A DNA stretch of 64,000 nucleotides from Paramoeba atlantica (GCA_977017575.1 CDRNVI010000047.1:186001-250000), one strand, 5' to 3'; shown: positions 1-11,165, counted from the stretch's first letter. Numbers and translations: made by a program. Notes: generated by a model not told the origin, from the sequence alone.

Positions 1-24
1 ATATAATTTTTTTTGTTCAAAAGT

Positions 25-99
25 GTCGATGCCGGGAATCGAACCGCGGACATCCAGCGTCAAAATGGAACCCCTTTACCAACTGGACTACTCAAAGGA
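25..99 (-). pseudogene. tRNA-like sequence (tRNA pseudogene or SINE head)
   Basis: Minus strand has an A-box TAGTCCAGTTGG (79-90) and a B-box GGTTCGATTCC (35-45) at tRNA spacing, followed by TTTT. The acceptor and anticodon stems do not pair, so no isotype is assignable. Confidence 0.35.
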
Positions 100-844
100 C
101 TCTCCTTAGTCAACCAGTTTGTCGTATCGCAGACCTTTGCAGACGCACTTTTTTTTACCAAAAGTGTTCTACAATTTGGGAAATGAGGTCGTTGTAGATG
201 ATTTTTCGAGTATTAAAGAGTTCATCTAATGAGCTACTGCTACGTTTTAAAATTTTGAAAAAACTCGATCTCTCGCTTTTTTGAGGGGCATTTTCAAGTT
301 TTGGAATTAACCTTAGTAAGCGAGTTAGATACTCCGTATCTCCCTCAATAATTATTATTAATAGATTATTAATAAATTATTAATAGTTTATTAATAAATT
401 ATTATTGGGCTTTTACACTCAAATTTCTCCCCCTTAATTTTGTACCAAACAGTATTTTCATGCCGAAAAGGAGCATTGATGGAGATCTCCTTATGGAGTC
501 GATGCTGATGCTTCGAGCATCATTATATGCACCTCAACCTACGCGGGAAGTAGGAGCCTACGCCTGACGCAGGTAAATGGGCTGTACCAACAACAACTCC
601 TTGTGGAGTGCTGATATCGAGAGCCGGGAAATGCCAAACTCTGTATTTGTATGATGTGTAGCAACGAAAATGAGCTTTCTGGATCTCCTGGCGGTCTTCC
701 CTGGTGCTGCCATCATACTGCTGCAAATGACGCCGACCATATGTCTACATGCGAGGGGCTCCTCATGTGTCACTCGCAGCCCCTCGTGTAAATGCATATT
801 GAATTATTAATAATATTAATGGTTTGATTTTTTGAATAATAAAT

Positions 845-1790
845 TAGGCTCTTCGTTAAACGCGGTGGTTGTTTTCAACTTAGAAGTCACTCATGCTGCG
901 CGCTTCGCGTTGAAAACTACCGCGGCGTTTAACGAAGAGCCTAAAAAAGAAAATTTAGCCTGGAAAACGGAAAGATTGTAGCCAAAAATAGCCGAATTTC
1001 GGGTAAAAATGGGGTGATTTTCGCGTATTTTTGCTGTCAGAGCACTAAATCCGACATTTGCGCATGGGAAATCACTCGTAGGCATGAATGAAAGCCTACC
1101 GAACGTATTGGGTAGAGAATGCGACTCCAACCATACCAATCTTTCGACACAAAAATGCCCCTTTAGGTCCGAAAAATACTTTTTCACCTTTTTTAGTCAA
1201 AAATGGGTCATTTTGAGGGGCGCACCACGGTTAGAAGAAGGGATACCTTGCGAAAGCAACTGCGGAGAAAGCTAGTGTAGGTCCCAAACTATCAAAATAC
1301 AATAGGGGAAACGATTTTGGAAAAATATTTTTCTTGCCATTTTTTTTGCCAAGTTGAATTTTTTTTCAAAAATTTTTTTCCGAAAAAATCCGAACTTGGC
1401 GGACCCGTCCTGCGGATACGCGGGGGGGTCACCCCCGGGTAGGGGGGTGGAAAATGCGCGCCAAGACCCCGGCTACCCTTTCTGCGTTTTTTTTTCGAAA
1501 ACTAATTTTTTTGAAAAAATTTGCTCGACCATGACCCCCCCCCTGGACCCCCCCCTGGACCCCCCCTCTGGACCCCCCCCCATGGAACCCCCCTGGACCC
1601 CCCCCCTGGACCCCCCCCCATGGACCCCCCTTTTTTTTCAAATTTATTTTTCAGTTTTGGTCCACCGGAGCCCCCTTTTATATTTTTTTCTTCTATTATA
1701 TTACTTTGTTCCCCTTTATATTTTCACTGTTTTTGTTCACCTTTTTTTCAATAATCGAGTGTAGAGCGGTAGTTTTACAACCACCGCAAT
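845..1790 (+). repeat. Rep-A dispersed repeat copy 1 (hairpin-capped, HINE/Helentron-like non-autonomous element)
   Basis: 5' hairpin 845-943 (~35-bp arms TAGGCTCTTCGTTAAACGCGG.. / ..CGTTTAACGAAGAGCCTA), (CCCCCCTGGA)n tract ~1533-1630 and 3' hairpin GCGGTAGTTTTACAACCACCGC 1766-1787. Near-identical sequence at 18213, 27295, 37334 (rc) and 60488 (rc). Confidence 0.85.
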
Positions 1791-1905
1791 AATGATAAAA
1801 TACTTGGTCAATTTTGCCTGAGATTGCCTTTTTGGACCGTTGCATCTTTTGGGTACAGGGGCCCATGTGCGTAGAAAATATTTTTCCCTATCTGCTTGTG
1901 TTCTA

Positions 1906-1917
1906 AACTAACGCTAT
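1906..1917 (+). other. Exact match to nt 1-12 of the kinetoplastid spliced leader (AACTAACGCTAT)
   Basis: 12-nt identity to the conserved SL 5' end, after which the match stops; could be chance. Confidence 0.3.
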
Positions 1918-1996
1918 CCCCACATTTTATTTGAATTCGACATTATGTGCAACCTGTGGAATTGTTCAACTTTGACATAAACGGCCCTGTATTATA

Positions 1997-3335
1997 AACC
2001 CCTGGCCAAAATAAGGCACCCCCCTCTAAAAATTCGATGCTTTGTTTGTTTGAGCTAATTTCAATGGCATTTTGCAGATCTCAGTTCGGGATTTATGTCC
2101 TCCCACACTTGGTCACTAGTCCTATAGCTATTTATAAAGTGGAAACTATTTACCACTATTTTACCTTTTCGCCACCTAGTTCGACGCAGGCCTTCAGTCT
2201 ACGATCGAAACTTAAGATGGTATCATTTATCATCTCAGTCGGTAAAGAACTCCATGTGTTTAGAATACATCTTTGCAGTTCGGAAACTGTAGATGGTAGC
2301 TTTTCATTTACGTCTTGTTGTACCATTGACCATATGTTTTCAATGGGAGAAAGATCGGGAGAATTTGGGGGCCAATTTTTTAGTAGATTAATTTTTCGTT
2401 TGTTCAGGTAATTTATGGTGGCCTTGGCCGTATGAGCGGTGGCACCATCTTGTTGAAATATTCTTTTGCGGGGGAAATAAACATGTTTTAGTGTGTCTAT
2501 GTATGTTTCGTGGATAATAGAGGTCCTGCTGGATAAAATGTTTAAGCATCTCCAGTTAATTCCTATAGCACCCCACACCTGACACTTAGGCGCCCAGCGC
2601 ACCTTTAGTCTCTTTGCAGGGGTCTCTCCTTTTTTTACCCACATTTTCATTCGATTATCGTTTGTAGCAAACACCTTCTCATCTGAGAATATCAATTTCG
2701 ATGTGTCCTCTTTGTAATTTAAAGAAAACTGTACGCGTTTTTCTTTTTGTACAGCGGTGAGCCCTTGTGAAATTGGGCGTGGCCTATATTGATGCCCTGC
2801 TTGCCTCAAATGTCGACGAACAGTTCGAGGGCTTGCAGTAACACCCTTTCTGCACAAAACAACAGAAATACGCTTTGAACTGTTGTACTTTGGCACCCCT
2901 GCCGCATCTTTCTTAGAAATAATGGTTTCAATCCTTTTTTACGAGACTTTATTTTTTTTTTCTGTGGGGATTTCTTTAGGCTTTTTTTCGTCTCAATTTT
3001 GGGGTGATCACGGAGGTATTTTCGAATGTATTTCACGCTTACATTCAATTTATGTGCTATTCGTTTCTTTGGGATGCCATCTTGAAACCTTAAAAGCATG
3101 AGTTCCTTCCCCAGGGGGCTGAGGCCACCTTTCGGAGGCCTGCGGAATGATTTTTTCATAAATCGACCCTAATGTTAAAGTGGTAAAATATTTTTTTATT
3201 TTTTTATTTTTCATGAGCTAAAAACAGCGGGAACGTACAGATCTCAAAATTTTGAACGAAAACATGGTATGAGAACCCTACCATACCCCCTCATGCAAAA
3301 AATAAGGGGGGGTGCCTTATTGGTGGCCAGGGGTT
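1997..3335 (-). mobile_element. Tc1/mariner element (DD35E) with AACC termini
   Basis: TIRs AACCCCTGGCCA(A/CC)AATAAGGCACCCCCC at both ends, with TA at 1995-96 and 3336-37; encodes a Tc1-type transposase. Confidence 0.9.
2156..3159 (-). pseudogene. Tc1-family transposase split by a -1 frameshift
   Basis: The N-terminal HTH ORF (2806-3159) joins the catalytic ORF (FSDEK, VWGAIG, QQDGATAH, WPPNSPDLSPIENIW) at the A6 run 2935-2940. There are 35 residues between the second D and E. Confidence 0.85.
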
Positions 3336-3408
3336 TATTACTGTGTTCCTCTTTATATTTTCACTGTTTTTGTTCACTTTTTTTTCAATAATCGAGGGTG
3401 GAGCGGTT
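3336..3408 (+). repeat. Rep-A 3' fragment
   Basis: TATTACTGTGTTCCTCTTTATATTTTCACTG...AATAATCGAGGGTGGAGCGG matches the 3' part of the other Rep-A copies. Confidence 0.75.
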
Positions 3409-3520
3409 TTTTTTCTTTTTGAACTCCACAAGAAGATCTTCTTTCCTCTGATCATTGTCGAGCTCGGGAGTGAGTTGGGAGGTGTCATCCCCCGGTTCAG
3501 TATTTTCCTCATGAAAAAGG

Positions 3521-3688
3521 TCAGAGAAGAGAGTCTACTATCAGTAGCTCAACATCTTCATCAGCAGCTTCGTCTTCCTCATCATCATCCTCTTCTTCGT
3601 GCTCGTCTTCCTCTTCCTCGACCCCCTCCTCGTCTTCAGAGAACTCTTCTTCAGAGGATTCTTCACGAGTATGGCCCTGATTCGACAT
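3521..3688 (-). other. Short acidic ORF remnant (MSNQGHTREESSEEE...), possibly a transposase N-terminus
   Basis: 55-aa Asp/Glu-rich frame from an ATG at 3688, surrounded by repeat-like sequence; no diagnostic motif. Confidence 0.2.
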
Positions 3689-4395
3689 TGAAAAAGTAAC
3701 ACAGTATTATCCTGAAGAAAGGCTTAACAGAAATAAATATTAAAGAAACAAGAGTGAAATACAGGGTACCAAAAAAAGCTCGGCTTCGCCGAGAAAATCA
3801 GAAGGAGGAGCATGTTATGACCCTATGGTATGACCCTATTTCACTATAACGTGCCGGGGGGCATGTTATGGTGCTATAGGCATGTTAACCCGTGCCCTCG
3901 TTTAGTTTTAACCCGAAGGCATTTTGCCAACCTGCCTACGACTCTTTTGTTGCTACTCATAAAAGAAGAATTCTTCGCATCTTTTTTGGGGAACATACCG
4001 GGGGGTATGTTAAGCCAGACCCCCGTTTAATATCAGAGACAAAGTACATGTACCTATTACAAAGTAATGTACCTATGAGAAATCGCATCTAAAGCTTATT
4101 ACACAAACTACGCAATTCTATTTATATTTTTTCTGCGTGATTCATTCATTTATGCCTAAACGCTGCTGGGTTTTGTTAAAATGGACGGATGAAAATCAAT
4201 CTTTGGCGCACAGACTCCTGTAAATGTGGAAAATGATCACAGGTTCGATCGGGGAGTGAATAGACGAAGATCCCGAGACATTACAAGCTTATTTTGATAG
4301 GTTCATTTACAATAGGTATTAGTTAACCCCCTATCGGAAGCTTCCTGCCCCGATATCCAAGGTGCGGCATACTCCCCATTGTGTAAATAGAACCT

Positions 4396-7300
4396 ATGGA
4401 TAGCAGCTTTCACGGAACAATAACGTGTGTGCGCTGCGCTATCCTGAAGCCTCTACCTTCTTTTCTATGCTCTTTGCTAGAAATTGATGATGAAATGATC
4501 TCTTTCGAATACGACTTCGTTATCGCTACATCAGGATGTGGTGTTAAATACAGTTATCGATACTGTTCGAATATTCCGCTGAGTAGTAGTGGGACCACAG
4601 GACATGAATATATTCAGCCGAGTGTCTCTGGAAGTACGCAAACACAAAATACCCCAATGCAAGCTACTTTTAGCTTTAGCGCCCTTAGCTATTGTTCCTT
4701 TGGCACTCAACCTCTACAGTTATGTGGACTTTCAAATCTTTACATGCCATATGAGAGTGGAATATCTCTGATAGAAATGCCGAAAAGCAATATTTGTGCG
4801 CTAGGTGCTGCTTTTGGGGAACAATGCGTTTTTTTATTTTGCGTTCGTGCACATAAGCGTTGCACAGAAAACGTCGGATCAAATAGTGCAAGCAACATCA
4901 AGTTACTTGTTGACACACTCTACATGGTCGAAATCAGTGATGTGCACATTCCTGGCCGGGTAGTAGCCACTGAGTTCACAACTTCTGTCAATCGTGCGGA
5001 AAAAACTGCTCCACTGCGATTGCTTTCTGTATTTACTTGGGGATCCTGCATCATATTTGACGTGTCTTACGAGGAAGAGAAATTCTCTTTAAGACGTTCG
5101 CGGCACGTGTTTCCGAGCTGCCCGAGTCGGGTTTTCGCAACTGCATCGGTGTCGCTTACAGGAATCGTATTGCTGGGCTCTTTCTTCGGAAATATCTATG
5201 CTTACAACACAGTAGGCCAGGGAATTGAGACGTTGACGGCACTCGAAAATAACGCATCACATCTGCGATGCACGGAGAACGCTCAGAATGCAGTGTGTCC
5301 CATTTATCGGCCTTACGAATCATGGAACAACTCAACTGCTGCAGGGCATACAGGAAGAGTGGAAACTATACGGTGGATAAAACCCGAAAGCGGGACCTTG
5401 GATATGCAAAAAACATTTGCTTCTGGTGCAGACGATCGCAGAATTATAGTGTGGTACTTCAATACCGAGTACGACAATAATAAAGTATTCTCGTGGACAT
5501 CTGGTAATGTACTGGAAGACCCTCACCGTAGTCGCATCTGGGATGTAGTTCTGTTTTGGGTGCAGGCCCACGGTTGTCTTTGTGCGCTGAGTGCAGGAGA
5601 AGACGGTGCAGCAAATTTGTGGGACCTTACTCGTCAGCAAAGGATTCATCGATGGGAAAAACACCGACCACGAGGAATTCGGTCCGTGGATCTCAGCCTT
5701 TCTTTTAACTCTCAGAACGACGTTAATGATGATGTCACGTTTGAAGCTTACTTCTGCACTGCAGGCTTTGACGGGGGACTATATCTTACTGGTATACCAT
5801 GGGCAGTATTTTCCGAAACTCCGTACGTTGGTCTTGAACCATGTGGAGCAAAGCTCTGTGCCATTGATGTGTTTTTATGTCCAGATGAGAAAAGTGACTT
5901 TCAGAGTGATTTACTAAGATGTGAATTCTCCACTTCCCGTTTCGATTTCGCGGTGCATGAAAAAAGTAGTCAAACGAATCTTGTCAAGGCCATGTTATTT
6001 TCCGCGTACTCCAGTACCACAAAAGTCTCTGCTTTGAATGAGAAGAGTGATTCAATAACAATGATTCAGAAGGAAATTACTTGTTTGACAACAATGTGGC
6101 TACACAAGTCGGTTTCCCACGTACGTTTCCTTGGCATTGTTGGGTACTCAAACGGAACAGTGGACGTTATCTCAATATGTGACACTAATCGGGGCAGCGC
6201 ACACCAAAGCTTTCCAACTTCTTCGCTCGACTCGACCAAGGAAAGCGTAGAAGACTGCACCACTCACTCCATACAGCTCCATTGTTTTCCTCTTCTTTCC
6301 CGAAAAGTATGTCGCATGAACGTTTACGACGAGGATAAACTAATGGTGCTAGACCCAATCGATACCGTTGCGTCTTATCAATACGACGAATCCAATACGC
6401 GCAACGATGAACCACGTTTTCCTTCTGCACGCTTCGTCGCTCTATGGTCCATTTCCCTCCGCAAAGGAAGTATTCATGCCGACTGCTACACCAATAATCT
6501 TTTCACAGTTTCTGGAAGAGTGGTGTACATGCTTTGTGTAGGCACCAAAAATGGATCTGTATTTTTTCATGATCTGTGCAACGTGTCGCACGCAAGAAAA
6601 GCTCAGTCCCCTTTACCTTCTACACCTTCTGCTCCAGTATCAAGCTTTTCCCGCATCCACCAAGGGGCCATCAACAGTGTTCGCTATATGTTGGAGCAGA
6701 TTCATCCCGAATGCGACGTAATCCGAGTTGCTATCTGTGGTAGTGACGGTGCCGTAAGTTTAATACAACGAGCTGTGATTCATCACAGAGCGTCGCAATA
6801 TCATGATTCTATACTGCCCTGGGTTTTTCACTCCCGAGTAGAACTAAGTGCTTTGATGTCCTCTGTGTTGCACTTCTCTGATCGCCCTTTGCTAAGGGCG
6901 CCGATGCATTGCGATAATTTTCATCATGAGGGCTGTATTGTGGGAGTCACAGGCAGCCGCATGCAAGTGTATGACTCCCATACATTACGTGAGAGGGCGA
7001 GTCACACTGTAACCAGAAGTTACCGCACTCTACGTACAAAATTTTGCTCAACAGGTTTGTACACCGTAGTGTGTGTTCAAAATGGTAACAAGGCGAGGTT
7101 TATTACACAGGATAGTGGTTCATTGGAAAATATAGGCTCGAACGCAGGGTTCGTTGAGTCTTTCCAGGAGGGCTTTCAAGGACACATGATTCATGATGTT
7201 TGCTGTCTGTCGCAACCTATCCAGTTGCGAGGGTCTCAGAATGTGGAGCTTATGGCATGTGTTAGTGAGGACAGTACCGTAGGTCTTCTTTCGCTGACTG

Positions 7301-8529
7301 AACATTTAGGTAGTCTCCATTTGGAACCCGTTTGTTTACGCTACACAGGGCGCAGTGCCGCATTGTGTGTCACCGCACTTCACTCATACCACCACACCAA
7401 CGCAGACGATAGTTCCACACGGCGACACCTAAGGCACTTTCTTACAGCTGGGGGTCAAGAGCGTGTGCAACTCTGGGAAGTCTGCCTACAAAATACGAAT
7501 GACTTTAAAAATGTGAGCTATGTAGATACAAAACTTGGAACAGACGTTATTAATGCAGTTTCACTGGAGTGCATTCGTAGTTTTACGCTTTCCGGGTCCC
7601 AAGTTTTAAACCGTATTCTTACTCTTTGTGAAATTCCTTCGAAATGCGCAAGCGAGATTTCTCTTAGAATGGGCATTACTTCACCACTCACGTACAAAGC
7701 TATGATAGGAACATCGCAGGGAACTCTTGCAGTGATACGTATATCGCTTTCTCCCGAGGCCGAACCTGAGAAGAATATTTCATGGTCCCGCACTTTTCCT
7801 ACAGGTCCCATACGTTGCACCGCATGCCGTGATCTATACGGAGATAAATCCGTGCTGGGGCATTCAAATGAACTTCAGTCTTACTATTTGGTTGCAGCTG
7901 GAACAGGTAGTGGAAATATTATGTTTTTGATCATGAACGACGTATTCGAAGATATTTCTCTTAGTAAGGTGCGATGGCGTGATTCGTCGAGCATGTTTCC
8001 TTTCCTAACATCTGCAGAGAGCTCCGATATGATACTGTTTTCGGCTCATCGTGGTCCCGTCTTTTCTCTGCAAATTACACAATCTACGTGCCCGGAAAAT
8101 GAGAATGCGTACTATCAAATGATTACAGGCTCCGAGGACGAGACAGTAACGCTCTCCGTGTTTAGTATATCAGTGAAGCCTCTTTACGAAGCAAACACCA
8201 AATGTACCGAGCTAGTTTTTCATCTCCATTTTCACAACACTATGCGACTGTTTCGTATTCATTGTGCGGCAGTACGTAGTGTTGGGTTTCACTCTCCGTG
8301 CGCGGCGTGGTCTGTCGGCGCGGACCGTCGGGTACATGTTTTCACTTTTTGGGGGAATTCTTTGGACAACAATGTCACAAGTCAGCACCACTCCACTCGT
8401 ACACGACTCGTTAACACGAAGTTATGTTGGACGGAAGTAGCACAAGCTCAGGTTGCGGTATTGTCTGAAAAACTTCGACGTCAAACACTTGTTGTAACAG
8501 GACAAGGTGTTGAGGTCCTCCGTTTCTGA
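4396..8529 (+). CDS. WD40-repeat protein, WDR6/Trm734-like
   Basis: 1377-aa ORF. GHTGRVETIRW..FASGADDRRIIVW, HRSRIWDV..SAGEDGAANLWDL, SEDSTV and TAGGQ motifs resemble the WDR6 family. Confidence 0.7.
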   Translation: MDSSFHGTITCVRCAILKPLPSFLCSLLEIDDEMISFEYDFVIATSGCGVKYSYRYCSNIPLSSSGTTGHEYIQPSVSGSTQTQNTPMQATFSFSALSYCSFGTQPLQLCGLSNLYMPYESGISLIEMPKSNICALGAAFGEQCVFLFCVRAHKRCTENVGSNSASNIKLLVDTLYMVEISDVHIPGRVVATEFTTSVNRAEKTAPLRLLSVFTWGSCIIFDVSYEEEKFSLRRSRHVFPSCPSRVFATASVSLTGIVLLGSFFGNIYAYNTVGQGIETLTALENNASHLRCTENAQNAVCPIYRPYESWNNSTAAGHTGRVETIRWIKPESGTLDMQKTFASGADDRRIIVWYFNTEYDNNKVFSWTSGNVLEDPHRSRIWDVVLFWVQAHGCLCALSAGEDGAANLWDLTRQQRIHRWEKHRPRGIRSVDLSLSFNSQNDVNDDVTFEAYFCTAGFDGGLYLTGIPWAVFSETPYVGLEPCGAKLCAIDVFLCPDEKSDFQSDLLRCEFSTSRFDFAVHEKSSQTNLVKAMLFSAYSSTTKVSALNEKSDSITMIQKEITCLTTMWLHKSVSHVRFLGIVGYSNGTVDVISICDTNRGSAHQSFPTSSLDSTKESVEDCTTHSIQLHCFPLLSRKVCRMNVYDEDKLMVLDPIDTVASYQYDESNTRNDEPRFPSARFVALWSISLRKGSIHADCYTNNLFTVSGRVVYMLCVGTKNGSVFFHDLCNVSHARKAQSPLPSTPSAPVSSFSRIHQGAINSVRYMLEQIHPECDVIRVAICGSDGAVSLIQRAVIHHRASQYHDSILPWVFHSRVELSALMSSVLHFSDRPLLRAPMHCDNFHHEGCIVGVTGSRMQVYDSHTLRERASHTVTRSYRTLRTKFCSTGLYTVVCVQNGNKARFITQDSGSLENIGSNAGFVESFQEGFQGHMIHDVCCLSQPIQLRGSQNVELMACVSEDSTVGLLSLTEHLGSLHLEPVCLRYTGRSAALCVTALHSYHHTNADDSSTRRHLRHFLTAGGQERVQLWEVCLQNTNDFKNVSYVDTKLGTDVINAVSLECIRSFTLSGSQVLNRILTLCEIPSKCASEISLRMGITSPLTYKAMIGTSQGTLAVIRISLSPEAEPEKNISWSRTFPTGPIRCTACRDLYGDKSVLGHSNELQSYYLVAAGTGSGNIMFLIMNDVFEDISLSKVRWRDSSSMFPFLTSAESSDMILFSAHRGPVFSLQITQSTCPENENAYYQMITGSEDETVTLSVFSISVKPLYEANTKCTELVFHLHFHNTMRLFRIHCAAVRSVGFHSPCAAWSVGADRRVHVFTFWGNSLDNNVTSQHHSTRTRLVNTKLCWTEVAQAQVAVLSEKLRRQTLVVTGQGVEVLRF

Positions 8530-9215
8530 TTCTTGACCCCTGAATAACAGTTATCCTGCAGATAAGTCAACGAAAAAATGTCCTTACACGTATTTACACA
8601 TGTAAATACGGAGCCGCGGAGCGGTGTAATTTTTCTTCTTCATTTTGTTGGTTTTTGTTATTCTCGTGACTTTTAATTGTACCAGTGCCCGTAGCTAGCC
8701 ATTGTGTCGCATTTACGGCACTGCAACTTTGGACGTCACGGAAGTCACATCACAAAGAGTCACGCGCTGCGTACACAGAATATCTACAGTGGCGATCAGC
8801 GTCTTTGCTCCCCCCCACAGGTCTTGTATTTTTGTCAGATTTTTGGAAATATTTGGTATACCACCGTTTTTCGACTCAATCGTTCCGAATCCGAGCGACC
8901 CCCTACCCCCCCCCCTGAGGGGGTAAGACGCTGATCACCACTGTAATTGCAATGTATTTTTTGTTAGCGGATCTGACTTTCAGCCTACACAGGATATCTA
9001 ACTACGAAGTATTTTTTGTTAATTACGAAGTATTTTTTTATTTAACATCCATATTTAAAATATGGATACTGTGTATTACCATGTCACTCTTTTTTTCTCC
9101 GAGGAGTAGTGGTATCAACTTGAGACATGATATTGAAGGTATCTTTACTATTTTTTACTAGCTAATTAGTTCTCTTTTTTTGTGTTAACGAATCATCAAG
9201 TGTCGAAACGAAATC

Positions 9216-10025
9216 ATGAAATGTGTTTTGGGGTCAGAATTTGGCTCGCTGCGCGGCAAAGTAAGCAATGGCATCTTACCGCCTGAAATTCAGATGCAAA
9301 GAGTGGTACAAAAATTGATTTACGCACCACGTTCGTGGACTTCATCGAAAAGCTTGTCACAATGGGAAGGAATTGGTCTTGATGAAGGCATGAATGTCAT
9401 AGCCATTGATCGAGCATCAAGTGGAATTACAGGGATTCTTTCTTGGGAATTTCTTCCTCATACAATAGAGCGCATAATACTAAGCCGAAACAAGATATCA
9501 GGGAACATAACATTCTGTGCTCTGCCGACTGTCTTGTCACTCCTTTATATTAATGAAAATATGTTCCAAGGAACAATAAGTTGCCAAGATTTCCCAACTG
9601 CCCTGCAAGAGTTCGTAGCCTTTGAAAACACTTTCAAATCTGAAATAGTTCTTGCTCTTTTACCTCAAGGAATATCTAGACTAAATTTAGGCTACAACTC
9701 TCTTCATGGCCATTTAGACCTCACAACCTTGCCAACGAACATATTTTATCTCGCTTTGAATGACAACAAGTTTACGGGAGAACTTCATCTAGACAAGCTT
9801 CCCGACTCGTTGCATGGACTTTATTTGGGAAACAATCGATTTTATGGAAGTTTAAATTTATCACATCTTCCCGCTTCACTGAAACGATTAGATTTACACA
9901 CCAACCTGCTTTCGGGAAGTCTTCACTTGGACCATTTAAGTGATTCGATGGAATGGGTATACTTGGCAGAAAATGAATTCGAACTTGTCACACCTTCACC
10001 ACCACCATGGTTTGTCAGCCTGTAG
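9216..10025 (+). CDS. LRR family protein 1
   Basis: GKVSNGILPPE leader, W..WEGI cap and ~23-aa LPxxLxxLxLxxNxFxG repeats. Confidence 0.85.
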   Translation: MKCVLGSEFGSLRGKVSNGILPPEIQMQRVVQKLIYAPRSWTSSKSLSQWEGIGLDEGMNVIAIDRASSGITGILSWEFLPHTIERIILSRNKISGNITFCALPTVLSLLYINENMFQGTISCQDFPTALQEFVAFENTFKSEIVLALLPQGISRLNLGYNSLHGHLDLTTLPTNIFYLALNDNKFTGELHLDKLPDSLHGLYLGNNRFYGSLNLSHLPASLKRLDLHTNLLSGSLHLDHLSDSMEWVYLAENEFELVTPSPPPWFVSL

Positions 10026-10399
10026 CACTCAGTTGACAGTGCTAATAGTTTCATCCTACAGGACACATTTCGAAAGATAGTACTGACGAAGAAATATCAA
10101 AGCATATTCATACTACATACCTATGTGTTCTATGAACACTTTTTTTTGTTCATTGAACACATAGAACGCATTGAACACTTTTCGGGGAGGTACACATCCC
10201 ACGAACATGTTGATTATTTTTAATAAACCTTTTTTGTTTCGCGCATATCCAAGTGATTACACATGCCCTAGCTATGCAGTATAAGAATACCGCGGTATGA
10301 GGTTCTCTCTTAGTACGCGTGGCAGCTTTTTTTGTACTCGCCGAACGTAATGCATTTCTTATTCCAAAATATTTTATTGTTTGTTGTTGTAAAAAACTA

Positions 10400-11165
10400 G
10401 GTTGAAAGGGCCCAAAAGTGCGCATTTTTCACATTTTTTTAAACTTCACCATTTTATAAAACATTTCACTCTAAACTAACTTCTACATGTCTACAGTACA
10501 TTTGCACTTCCAGCAAGAGTCTACGTAGAGGATGCCCGCAGTGCTCCCCTCGTTTTAATTTCCCGTTCACAACCTCACCACTAAACTTTAAGCGAGCGCT
10601 GCGGGCGTTGTCTTCACTTCCAAGCGTGCCTGTGCCGCGAGTGCGTACTTGCTTTTTAAGGTGTCCATTCATGCACTCAACTGTCTGCGTATGGACTCCT
10701 GTCTCTGGATCGACCCAATGACGTCGATGATTCACGGCTCCGTGACGCAAACCATCACCTCACGCAGCACTTCCTCGCCAACCATCCATCAACGGTCCAT
10801 CAACGGTCCTAGGGCCTACTGCCAAGTCCAGCACTTCGGGATTAGTGGTCACTGCACGACGATCAGCGAGAGAGCTTACAAAGATTTCCTCGGCCTTATG
10901 ATAGCGATTGGTCTTCACGACCACATTAACCCACTGTGAACCATCGGCCCGGAGTCGACGTACACGATTATTACCGCCCCGCTTCGAAGAATAGTAAAAG
11001 CTGATGATAATCTACTAAATTTTTTCGCTGCGCATGTATCATGGTGCGGCGAATACGTATAAAGCACTCTATTTCGCTCGAAAAATGGTCACTTTTCGTC
11101 TTTTGTAAAAAACAGCGGAAAAAATATTTTATGACAAAAATGCGCACTTCTGGTCCCTTTTCTCC
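10400..11165 (-). mobile_element. Degenerate Merlin (IS1016/ISXO2-like) element
   Basis: Minus strand reads DGWRGSAA*GDGLRHGAVNHRRHWVDPETGVHTQTVE, the IS1595/Merlin C-terminal motif. Imperfect TIRs GG..AAAGGG.CC.AAGTGCGCATTTTT; AAAACTA direct repeat at 10393-99 and 11166-72. Confidence 0.8.

Noticed and set aside
460-800. Possible gene remnant (MPKRSIDG..) and short ORFs 523-797
   Set aside because: Multiple stops and no recognisable motif.
1533-1630. C-rich tandem as a telomeric repeat
   Set aside because: The unit CCCCCCTGGA is not CCCTAA-like and lies inside a dispersed repeat.
891-1764. Similar ORFs repeated in Rep-A copies (e.g. MKKYFSD.., MNFFSK..NPNLADPSC)
   Set aside because: They arise from repeat homology and low-complexity DNA. 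Frames and lengths differ between copies, starts are non-ATG, and there are no domains.
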